Part shown: one piece after another, positions 29,101 through 37,178 of the stretch
Layout of the letters: every line of letters starts with the position of its first letter
Numbering within the stretch: position 1 is the stretch's first letter
Translations under genes and position numbers: made by a program
Source of the DNA: a virus
Taxonomy: Duplodnaviria; Heunggongvirae; Uroviricota; Caudoviricetes
Length of the DNA: 64,000 nucleotides
Strand: one strand, 5' to 3'
IMG/VR virus record: IMGVR_UViG_3300013121_000049
Location: 80,253-144,252 of that record
The notes under the pieces: generated by a model
What the model was told of the DNA's origin: nothing
Database searches by the model: none
Seen by the model: the letters and a program-made list of their open reading frames with translations, nothing else

Positions 29101-30905
29101 GGCAGGTTGACCACGCGGGCGACCTTGGCCGTCTTCCCGTCATCCCCGCGGATCTCCATCCCGGTGTCGGTGATCTTGCTCACCGTGCCGCTCACCGGGC
29201 TGATCGTGGTCATGATCTTCCCATAGACCTTGGTGAACGGGACCTCCCTGCCGTTCCGGTCACGGGTGGCCGTGGTTACCAGCGGCGCCTCGCGGTCCTT
29301 CAGGGAGAGCGCCTGGACGATGGCCTTGCCCGCCATGGTCAGACGACCCGGATGGTCGGCGTTCATGAACGGCACCAGGTTGGTGGTGACCGTGTACATG
29401 TCCGTCGGCTTCTCCACCCAGTACTGGACCTTGGACTCCGGGACGTTCTTCAGGACGCCGTGATCCTGGGCCTGCACCAAGCCGTTCTTCTTGCCGATCG
29501 TGAACCCGATGCAAGCGTTCATGATCTGGGACGCCGACAGGTAGACCGAGCGCCCCTTGGTGTCCTTGAACCGGCCGTAAAGGTTGCCCTTGGCGTCGCG
29601 CGCCGAGTTGATGGCAAAGCGCAAGTCGACGCCCACCGTGTCGGCTTCCGGCGTCCGGCTGGGATCCAGGATGGTCAGGTGGGACGGGTCAATGTTGCGC
29701 GTCCGGACGTTGTTGGCTTTCTGCAGATCGATGCCGCCTTCCCCCTCGCCCAGAACGGTGACCTTGGCCACGTTCTCCAGGGACTCGATGGGGTTGGTTT
29801 CCGACGGCACGATCGACAGCGTGGACTTGGTCAGGAAGTTCTGCATGACCTTGTTGTAGGGCTTGGAGACCACGACCTTGCGGATCTTCGGCGTCTCCTT
29901 GGACAAGACGGCGCGGTCCAGCCCCCACTTGATCTTGCGGCTGGCGTCGCTGACGTTCTCGTGTTCGCGGCCCTGTTCAAACCGCCGGGCAATCAGGTCC
30001 GGGTAGCTCACGACCCGCTTGAACTGCAGGGAGTCGCGGTTGTCTTCCTCGCGCTCGCCCTTGTGGATGGCGATGATGTTGGCGGCGATACGCAGCAGGG
30101 CATCGCCATCCAGATGCCCAAAGGACTTGCCCAGGGTGACCTTGGTGCCGTCTTCATCCAGGGTACGCTTCTCCAGCCCGACCTTGATCCACTTGATCTT
30201 CTCGGCTTGCGCGGGGTCCGGGTTGGCCTTGCGCTGCTCGTACGGAGCCACCTTGCGATACAGGCGGTTGGCGATGCCGTCGCTATCCCCGGACTCCATC
30301 AGATCCTTGTCCCAGATGGCCGTGGGAATGTAGGCGGACGCTTTCTGCCGGTCGATGCCGAAGACGTGGCTGAGCACCCAGACCAGCGGCACGTTGATGT
30401 CGCCGCTGCTCAGGATCAACGTCTGCTTGCGCGGGTCCAGGGACACTTCCAGGGAGCCGCCGCCGGAGTTGATCTGGGCCATGACAGCGCCGTTGCTGCG
30501 CCGACGATGGTAGACGCCCTCCTTGAGCTGCAGGAGGTGGGAGATGACGTAGTTGTTGCCCTTGTAGACGACCGTGTGCTTGTCCGTCAGGTGAAAGCAG
30601 TCGGCCAGGGCGTAGTTCTTCTCTTCGTCGACCGTCTTCCCCGTCTGCTTGTCGATGATGCGCAGGGTGCCGCGCACCGGGAACGTCAGGGACTTCGATT
30701 CCAGGATCGCCTTCTTTTCGTCTTCCTTGTCGAACGTCTTGCGATCGATCGTGATGTCCGAGACCTCGATACGGTAGCGGGCGTTCTCGATGGGGAACTG
30801 CTTGCGCACGCCATCCACGATGGCCTGGCAAACATCGTTCAGCGTGCTGTCCGGAGACGAGATCATGTGCTTCAGCGGCTTGCCGTCGAGACTGGTCAGG
30901 CTCAT
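26136..30905 (-). CDS. DNA-directed RNA polymerase: a complete beta-like subunit fused to the N-terminal half of beta-prime (through the NADFDGD catalytic region), 1589 aa
   Basis: Beta-subunit blocks: [12 protein letters not shown] (compare GYNFEDSILVSE), [25 protein letters not shown] (compare [25 protein letters not shown]), and LGEGEGGID...TPEADTVGV. Beta-prime blocks: [16 protein letters not shown] and [25 protein letters not shown]. The start is at the ATG that forms an ATGA overlap with the upstream stop; a GTG at 30914 is an alternative. Confidence 0.92.
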   Translation of the reverse strand: [1589 protein letters not shown]

Positions 30906-31330
30906 AGTTGCCACCCCTCACCCGGTTCCTCGTCTTTCTTCGGCGTCTCGAAGACCACGCCCTCGTAGGGCGCATCCTTCGGCTCCAGATACGTCAGGAC
31001 GACGATCATCTCGCCCTCCTTGTTGAAGGATTCCTTGCGGTCCACCAGGTAGATCCGCGTGGTCTCCGAGTGGATACAGGCGTCCAGCAGGCTCTCCAGC
31101 ATCAGTTCCTGCTCGGCAAACCCGGACAGCAGGAACCGCTTGACCCGGAGCTTGTAGTCGGCCAGTTTGAACCCGGCCCGGCCGGGAGCCTTGTCCTTTA
31201 CCGCGGCTTCCTCGTCAAGGTTGCGCAGGGTGACCCCCGGCATGGCTGCCGAATAGTCCTGCAGACCGACTCCCGCGTTCTCCGGAAGGTTGGGGGCATT
31301 GACCCCCGGCGTCTTGTCACGCGGCGGCAT
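30902..31330 (-). CDS. hypothetical acidic protein (142 aa), translationally coupled to the RNA polymerase gene
   Basis: ORF 30902..31381, trimmed to the Met after the GGAGGA ribosome-binding site. Its stop overlaps the RNA polymerase start. Confidence 0.5.
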   Translation of the reverse strand: MPPRDKTPGVNAPNLPENAGVGLQDYSAAMPGVTLRNLDEEAAVKDKAPGRAGFKLADYKLRVKRFLLSGFAEQELMLESLLDACIHSETTRIYLVDRKESFNKEGEMIVVLTYLEPKDAPYEGVVFETPKKDEEPGEGWQL

Positions 31331-33071
31331 TGGCCTGTCCTCCATCGGCTTGAGCGTTCGGATCTCCCGGGTTGCCCGCATCCTGCGCCGGAGCCGGCTG
31401 CAGGGCGGAGACGTCCGGGCGTGCTGTCGTCATCAGGGCGTGCAGGAGGGCGGCCACCGGCATGTCCTCGTACTGCAGGCGCATGATGGCGGTCTGCTGA
31501 TCCTGCGGCGCGTAGGACTGCAGCTGGACGAACAGGTCATACGCCTTGCGCTTGGCCTCCTCGTAGCGTTCGTCGCGGTTGCGGGAATCCTTCTCCGCCA
31601 CGGCCGCCTTGTAGACCGCCTTGAGCTGGACGTCCTGGATGCGGATGGCCGTCTCGGCGCGCATCTCCGCCGCCCGGATCTGACGCTCTTGCTCCTCGCG
31701 GAAGTCGAGGCCGATGGATTCCAGCAGGGTGATGTCGGAGACCTGCCCGTTCTGCGCCAGCGTCGGCAGGAACTGCTTGAGCATCTCGTCGTCGGTCAGC
31801 TCGAATGGCGTCATCTTCACCGGCACCCGGGCAATCCCCAGGAAGGCCGAGATCTTGTTGAAGACCCAGTCGATCAGACCGTCGATGCTACGGACGTAGT
31901 TCTCCATGCTGTTCTTGAGCATGCGCAGGCCGATCGTGGAAGACGTCCAGTTCGTCGTACCGGCCATCATTTCCCGGGAAACACCCAGCGACATCAGGAG
32001 CTGCTCTTCGGACAGCTGCAGCTCCTGGGCCACGAGAAGGTTCTTGCCGTCGCCGCCGATCGTACTGATGCCCACCGGGACCGGTGCGATCACCTGATGG
32101 TTGGGGTCATGCTTGAACCGCTTGATATTTTCTTTCATGTTGTCCACGAAGCCTGCCAGCGACATCGACATCACGGGATCGCTGTTCGAGCTCTGCGGCT
32201 GCGGGAAGATCACGCGCAGCGGTGTCATGTGCTCGGATGCAATGGCTTCGTTGGCCCGGCGCATCATGGCCTGGTGGAAGATCAGCTGGTAGACCGCCAT
32301 GATCGGCGGAATGCAAACGCCGTCGTCGAGCTTGCCGATGCTCATGTTCATCAGGTGGTAGATGCTGTTCGGGTCGAACTTGAACGACTTCTTGAGACCA
32401 ATGGCCTCCAGCATGCCCATGGGAAGCGTCGACAGGTACATGGTGTCGCCCATCAGCACCTTGCGCTTGATGAACGGCGGGATCTGGTAGTAGTACTCCG
32501 ACTCGCCGGTGACCGGGTTGTGGTTCACCGTCATGTAGTTCGGGTCCCAGCTGATCAGGTTGATGCGACCCTCGTCCCGGACGTACTTGTCGGTGACTTC
32601 GTAGACCCCGGTATACCCGCAGCCCCGGGCCGGGCAGCCGCCGGTGAACTTGCCGTTGCGGAAGCGGATCTTCGCAATACTGCGGACGTTGTGAACGGTC
32701 TTGCAGGACGGGCATACCGCCGTGCGAACGAAGGGCAGGTAGACGGAGACGAAGGAGTTGCCTCTGGTGTAGTACTCCAGACCGAAGTTGTTCAGCTTAT
32801 GCTTGAGCTGGATGGCCTTGCACAGCCGCTTGTAGCGATCCGCCAGGTCCTGGGAATCCGTATCCGGGATGAAGTCGGTGATCGGGTAGGTTGCGTGCTT
32901 GCGCAGGACCTCCATTGCCGTCGGGGATTGCGTGACGATGAAGTCAGCCCACCGCAGCAACTCCTTGAAGTTGCGTGGCAGGAACTGGTTGCTCAGCGTG
33001 AAGAAAGGGTTGGGCTGGTACCCCCGGTTGAAGTCTCCGTACAAACCGGCGCCACTCATCGGGTCTATCAT
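31317..33071 (-). CDS. Zn-ribbon-containing protein (584 aa), function unknown; candidate RNA polymerase accessory or virion protein
   Basis: Zn-ribbon pattern CPSCKTVHNV...CPARGCGYTG. The C-terminus is a helical, charged region. It sits in an operon with the RNA polymerase and overlaps it. Confidence 0.65.
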   Translation of the reverse strand: MIDPMSGAGLYGDFNRGYQPNPFFTLSNQFLPRNFKELLRWADFIVTQSPTAMEVLRKHATYPITDFIPDTDSQDLADRYKRLCKAIQLKHKLNNFGLEYYTRGNSFVSVYLPFVRTAVCPSCKTVHNVRSIAKIRFRNGKFTGGCPARGCGYTGVYEVTDKYVRDEGRINLISWDPNYMTVNHNPVTGESEYYYQIPPFIKRKVLMGDTMYLSTLPMGMLEAIGLKKSFKFDPNSIYHLMNMSIGKLDDGVCIPPIMAVYQLIFHQAMMRRANEAIASEHMTPLRVIFPQPQSSNSDPVMSMSLAGFVDNMKENIKRFKHDPNHQVIAPVPVGISTIGGDGKNLLVAQELQLSEEQLLMSLGVSREMMAGTTNWTSSTIGLRMLKNSMENYVRSIDGLIDWVFNKISAFLGIARVPVKMTPFELTDDEMLKQFLPTLAQNGQVSDITLLESIGLDFREEQERQIRAAEMRAETAIRIQDVQLKAVYKAAVAEKDSRNRDERYEEAKRKAYDLFVQLQSYAPQDQQTAIMRLQYEDMPVAALLHALMTTARPDVSALQPAPAQDAGNPGDPNAQADGGQANAAA

Positions 33072-33120
33072 TCTGCTTTGCTCCGGGGAATCCAGTCTAT
33101 TTTACGACGAGGAGGTGGCC

Positions 33121-35397
33121 TTACAAGGGGCCTTTCCCGGCCATGATGATCACCAGTCCCGGCCCGCCCGCCGTCGCAAGCAGTGGATCTATTCCCGGGC
33201 CGCCGGAGTAATGGTGACCTATCCCCCCCGCCCCGTACGATCCGGGGAATTGAGCCGTCGTCATGGACAGCAGCGGAGCCGCCCAGCTGGCGATGTGATC
33301 AGGTACAACTACCGCCGCTCCCGCAGATACGTGGTCCCAGTTCGAAATATCATGACCGGGGGAGTTGACTCTGGCAATGAAAACGTACCCGGCTGGGTAG
33401 TAAAACCGGCCGATCCTGCCGGGCACCGATACCGTCCAGTGATCCCCCGCCGCCACCGTTCCGCCAACGCCGCTGCCTACGGTAGGATAGGACGGATTGG
33501 CCTGGGCGTCCCAGTTACCCTGATTGCTGACAAGAGGCCCCGGGCGAGACCCCTGCCAAGCTGCGCCTGGGCCGCCTCGTGTGCTCCCCAAGGGGCCAGC
33601 ATACACAGTGACTTCCGTATCAGCCGCCAACACGTTCTGCCCGTCGTCTACCGCCCCTCTCAGTCGAACAATTCGACTACGAGACGGAAGAAAGACCCCG
33701 GCGGCGTTAATGAAGCCGGCTTGAACCACCTTGTAGTCTCCCTTCGACCCGCTGAACGAATAGCTCGACTCATTTGCTGCCCCTACCAGGTTAACTCCGG
33801 GCCACCATGAGTAATCTCCCTGCGCATAATGAAACTCATGCGTATACCCCTTGCCCAGTAAGTTGAACGCCTCGAACGGAATACCGGCTTTCCCGCCGCA
33901 CCCGCCGATGTTCCCCGCGAAGGCCCCATCCTTGCCAATTCCCCCCGTTTCGCCTGCCGGCAGACAGACTTGATAGACCGGAAGATAATTCGCATCAAGG
34001 ATCGTAACGAAGGTGTCTGCTGCGCCGGATGACAAAAACGGGTCCCCTCCGTAAGTGGAGTTGTCGTGAGAGTAGACCGGGTTAAAGGAGGGCACTGACC
34101 CGTTGTGCCACGCATTGACCCCCACCCAGTTATTATTTGCGGGGGTGTCAGGAGTGCCGAACTCAGAGACCACCTTGAATCCCCCGAGGTCGCCATAAAC
34201 GGTAAATACCGCAGCAGATCCCGGGCCCCCGCCCCCGCCACCCCCGCCTCTGGCCGTGCCATCCTGCCCCCAGGTATTGCCGGCGCCTCCTACCCCTATC
34301 CCCAGCACCGTGAGGCTTCGCGTACCCGCCGGGAGGGTATCGATCGTTGTGTTGCCGACGCCCGTTCGTACATGCACCAGCTGATCAGACAGCCCACCAG
34401 AGCCCGCAGTAATCACCAGCCACGTCGACCACGACGCCCCGTTGTATGTGCGCGACGCAACTGCGCCATCAACTGCGCTATGCGCGTCTTGCGCAATAAC
34501 AACCCCTTTCTGCCGAACCTTGAGTACGCCCGCCGTGAACGGGCGGTTCTTTACCGCATCTTGAGCGGGGTTCAGGCCCTCAAACGAATACTCACCGACC
34601 GTCGTCACCGTGTCCAGATCGGCATCCCCTACCGCATTCCCGGTCAGGGCCAGATCGCGATCGATGCCGTTGGCGTAGGCACGCGACAGCGTCAGGAAGG
34701 GATCGTCGTCCGTACCGCCGCCCTCCTCCCACCAGCCGGTCAACTCCACGTCCTGAGAGGCTATCACCGTCTGGTTGTGACCGAGGACGACCCGCATGAC
34801 CTCAAAAGCCCCGCCTACCGGGGTAGGAAATGTATAGGGAGGGCCGATCAATTGGTCCGACCCGGCGACCGCAGTAAACAGCAGCTTCTTGACCTGATTG
34901 ACGCCGCCCGTGAACAGAGACTTGAACTGGGCCGTGGTGCCGGGATCAGCCGGATCAAAGCCGGGGATCGTGGCATCTTCGGCAACTACCTGAGCCTGAA
35001 TGCTGTATGGCCGACTGTAACCTACCGCGATGCCGGCCGCCGAGAACGTCAAGGTCTGCGCAGCCGTAGCCAAGGCAATCCGGGCGGTATCCACAGGATG
35101 GGCGTTAGTCGTAACCGTCGTGTTGACCGTAGCAATGGCACGGACAAGGGTGAGCGTCAGGTTGCCGTTGTACTGCAGACGGCCTACCGCCGTGTTCTCT
35201 TTGGCATAACCGCGCAGCGCCCATGCAATGGCCCCTGCCAACGGTGTCTGGGACGCAATCAAAGCGTCCGACCCGTCCACCAGCAGCTCGTCGTTCTTAG
35301 CCATGTCCTTGAGCGGACGGTTGTCGACATCCCGGTGGTAGGGGTCGCCGCTCAAATAGTAACGGACCTGGGAAAGCAGGTTGCGGATGAGGCTCAT
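33121..35397 (-). CDS. glycine-rich tail-fibre-like protein (758 aa)
   Basis: ORF 33121..35523, trimmed to the Met (MSLIRNLL) after the GGAGA ribosome-binding site. It contains a poly-Gly tract (GGGGGGGGPG) and a Gly/Ser/Thr-rich composition. Confidence 0.65.
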   Translation of the reverse strand: MSLIRNLLSQVRYYLSGDPYHRDVDNRPLKDMAKNDELLVDGSDALIASQTPLAGAIAWALRGYAKENTAVGRLQYNGNLTLTLVRAIATVNTTVTTNAHPVDTARIALATAAQTLTFSAAGIAVGYSRPYSIQAQVVAEDATIPGFDPADPGTTAQFKSLFTGGVNQVKKLLFTAVAGSDQLIGPPYTFPTPVGGAFEVMRVVLGHNQTVIASQDVELTGWWEEGGGTDDDPFLTLSRAYANGIDRDLALTGNAVGDADLDTVTTVGEYSFEGLNPAQDAVKNRPFTAGVLKVRQKGVVIAQDAHSAVDGAVASRTYNGASWSTWLVITAGSGGLSDQLVHVRTGVGNTTIDTLPAGTRSLTVLGIGVGGAGNTWGQDGTARGGGGGGGGPGSAAVFTVYGDLGGFKVVSEFGTPDTPANNNWVGVNAWHNGSVPSFNPVYSHDNSTYGGDPFLSSGAADTFVTILDANYLPVYQVCLPAGETGGIGKDGAFAGNIGGCGGKAGIPFEAFNLLGKGYTHEFHYAQGDYSWWPGVNLVGAANESSYSFSGSKGDYKVVQAGFINAAGVFLPSRSRIVRLRGAVDDGQNVLAADTEVTVYAGPLGSTRGGPGAAWQGSRPGPLVSNQGNWDAQANPSYPTVGSGVGGTVAAGDHWTVSVPGRIGRFYYPAGYVFIARVNSPGHDISNWDHVSAGAAVVVPDHIASWAAPLLSMTTAQFPGSYGAGGIGHHYSGGPGIDPLLATAGGPGLVIIMAGKGPL

Positions 35398-35441
35398 AGT
35401 CGGATCTCCGGAGGCGTCTTCTGATTTTACGCCTAAAAAGC

Positions 35442-35451
35442 CGGGTATAAG
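35442..35451 (+). promoter_or_regulatory. promoter-like motif CGGGTATAAG
   Basis: Lies in the divergent region, 147 nt upstream of the ATG at 35598. The leader is purine-rich. Confidence 0.4.
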
Positions 35452-35597
35452 CATAGTGGAATCACGAGGGAGACGCGACAGAGAGCGAGATAGAGAACGC
35501 AACCAGAGACCATTCATAGACAACTACGACAGCCCAAGCCAAGCCGACCAGTCCGAGACGGTTGACAGCGGCGAGGGATTTTTACCCGGAGAACAGC

Positions 35598-36062
35598 ATG
35601 AAACTCAATCTTGAAAACCTAGAGCACTTGGCGGATGTCTGCGTCGATAGCGGACAACTGCTGATCGTGGACCCCTGCTACATCGACAGTCAGTGGGAGG
35701 AGAAAGAATTCCAGGACATCCGCCGGTTCCGCCACAAGACCACGGGCGACATACTGGCGTATCGGACGGACTTCCCGCACTTCGAAGCCGTCATCCCCAA
35801 GTACGGCCAGACCATGAACCAGCTCAACCAGACAGGGGAGTGGGAGCCCGTCCCGGTACCGGTCCCCCCGGGCTTGAACTACGACGCCTGTTGCCGAACT
35901 ACACTGGGCGAGAAGGACGGCGGCAGCATCGCCGGCATTGCCGCTGCACTGTCTTCCGGCTATGGAGACGGCACCTACCCGGTATTCGTCGAACGCAACG
36001 CGGAAGGCGTCATCGTGAAGATCATCATCGATCTCGACCCGGAAGAGGAGTGCGACGGATGA
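35598..36062 (+). CDS. hypothetical protein (154 aa)
   Basis: ORF 35562..36062, with the ATG at 35598 after a GGAG ribosome-binding site. Confidence 0.55.
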   Translation: MKLNLENLEHLADVCVDSGQLLIVDPCYIDSQWEEKEFQDIRRFRHKTTGDILAYRTDFPHFEAVIPKYGQTMNQLNQTGEWEPVPVPVPPGLNYDACCRTTLGEKDGGSIAGIAAALSSGYGDGTYPVFVERNAEGVIVKIIIDLDPEEECDG

Positions 36063-36292
36063 CTGCCCTCCTGGCTATGCTGGCTGCCGCCGTCGCGGCG
36101 GCCGGTTACCTGGTATGGCTATTCCTGAAAGCCATCCTTGCCCTGTTTTTCGTGTTCTATCAGGTGCTGTTCACAGGACTGCAGATGGTGTGGATCGCCT
36201 CCGGACAACCCGGATGGCTCGCCATGCTGATCTGCCTGTGGGTCAGCGTATCCATCTTTCTGCTGCTTGCCCGGGGGGTTCGCCGTGGGTGA
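36059..36292 (+). CDS. small membrane protein (77 aa, two or three transmembrane helices); a holin-like candidate
   Basis: ATGA overlap with the upstream stop. Sequence begins MTALLAMLAAAVAAAGYLVWLFLKAILALFFVFYQVLFTGLQMVWIASG... Confidence 0.5.
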   Translation: MTALLAMLAAAVAAAGYLVWLFLKAILALFFVFYQVLFTGLQMVWIASGQPGWLAMLICLWVSVSIFLLLARGVRRG

Positions 36293-36302
36293 AGAAGAGT
36301 TC

Positions 36303-36599
36303 ATGGACAACGTCATCTGCCCCGTTGTCCTGTTTTGCGCACGCCAGCGCTTTCGACAATACGCCCAGCTCCGTGAACTCATCGAGGAACTGCTGCTCGG
36401 CATGGAGTCTTTCGGGTATGTAGACGTCATCGGGCCGGGTGCGATAGATTCGCTGATTGAAGAGGGGATTCGCGGCGTTCTGGACCAAGGGGACTCCTTG
36501 ATGCCGCCGCTGACCGGACCACAAGAAAATGCGCTGCGCGACATGCTGCGGCAAATGAGCCAGCCACCAGAGGATGACGTAGACTATGGCCAATTTTGA
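36303..36599 (+). CDS. hypothetical acidic protein (98 aa) ending EDDVDYGQF
   Basis: ORF 36267..36599. The start is uncertain (ATG at 36303 or GTG at 36285). Confidence 0.45.
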   Translation: MDNVICPVVLFCARQRFRQYAQLRELIEELLLGMESFGYVDVIGPGAIDSLIEEGIRGVLDQGDSLMPPLTGPQENALRDMLRQMSQPPEDDVDYGQF

Positions 36600-36804
36600 C
36601 GATACCGCCACTGAGTACGAAGAGTTCGAACGAGACCTGGCCCTGCGTCGCCAGAAGGAATCCCCGAAATTTCCGCGTTTGACTCCGAAGGGGCGTTGCC
36701 ATAATTGCAACGAGCCCCTGCTCTCCGGGATCCTGTTCTGCGACAAGGACTGCTGTGCGGATTATGAGGCGCTGGAGAGCGCCAAGAAGCGCAACGGGAG
36801 ATAA
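36586..36804 (+). CDS. small Cys-rich (Zn-binding) protein (72 aa)
   Basis: Cys pattern CHNCNEPLL...CDKDCC. It overlaps the previous gene by 14 nt. Confidence 0.5.
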   Translation: MANFDDTATEYEEFERDLALRRQKESPKFPRLTPKGRCHNCNEPLLSGILFCDKDCCADYEALESAKKRNGR

Positions 36805-36806
36805 CC

Positions 36807-37175
36807 GTGCAACGCTATGCCCTGTTCCCCTCCGCAGTGGGGACGCTGTACCCCGTCCTGACTCCGCCGGGCCTCCCGGTGGAGGAGGAGCTCAAGCAGA
36901 TACGCGACGCCCACTTGCTGGTCGATGAAGCCGTCTTCGTCGGTTACGCCTTCGAAGAAGACGCCTTGCCCCTGCTTCTCGCCGGGCTCGAAGGCGATCT
37001 GGTCAACGCCATGACCAATCGCGTCCGCGTCCTCACCAAAAGCAACGTCCTGCCCCGCCTCCCCGTAGACTTCGCCCCGGCGGACTTGCTCCGCCAGATT
37101 ACGGAGACGCTTTTTTTACACCTGTCTGAAGACGGGAAGAACCTGTTCTTCCCCCTGTCGACCCACCGGATCTGA
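36807..37175 (+). CDS. hypothetical protein (122 aa)
   Basis: GTG start with a GGGAG ribosome-binding site 7 nt upstream. Confidence 0.5.
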   Translation: MQRYALFPSAVGTLYPVLTPPGLPVEEELKQIRDAHLLVDEAVFVGYAFEEDALPLLLAGLEGDLVNAMTNRVRVLTKSNVLPRLPVDFAPADLLRQITETLFLHLSEDGKNLFFPLSTHRI

Positions 37176-37178
37176 CCC

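Noticed and set aside
26298-30968. 1556 aa plus-strand ORF
   Set aside because: It is antisense to the RNA polymerase gene, whose minus-strand translation carries unambiguous beta and beta-prime motifs. The plus-strand product is Arg/Leu/Val-rich low-complexity sequence, as expected from high-GC antisense frames.
31290-33146. 618 aa plus-strand ORF (also 34105..35424 and 4033..5022)
   Set aside because: Antisense to minus-strand genes that have protein-like sequence and operon context. Arg/Gly/Leu-rich.
35381-35614. 77 aa plus-strand ORF in the divergent region
   Set aside because: Purine-rich leader translated into Arg/Asp/Glu repeats, with no ribosome-binding site. It overlaps the true start at 35598 out of frame.
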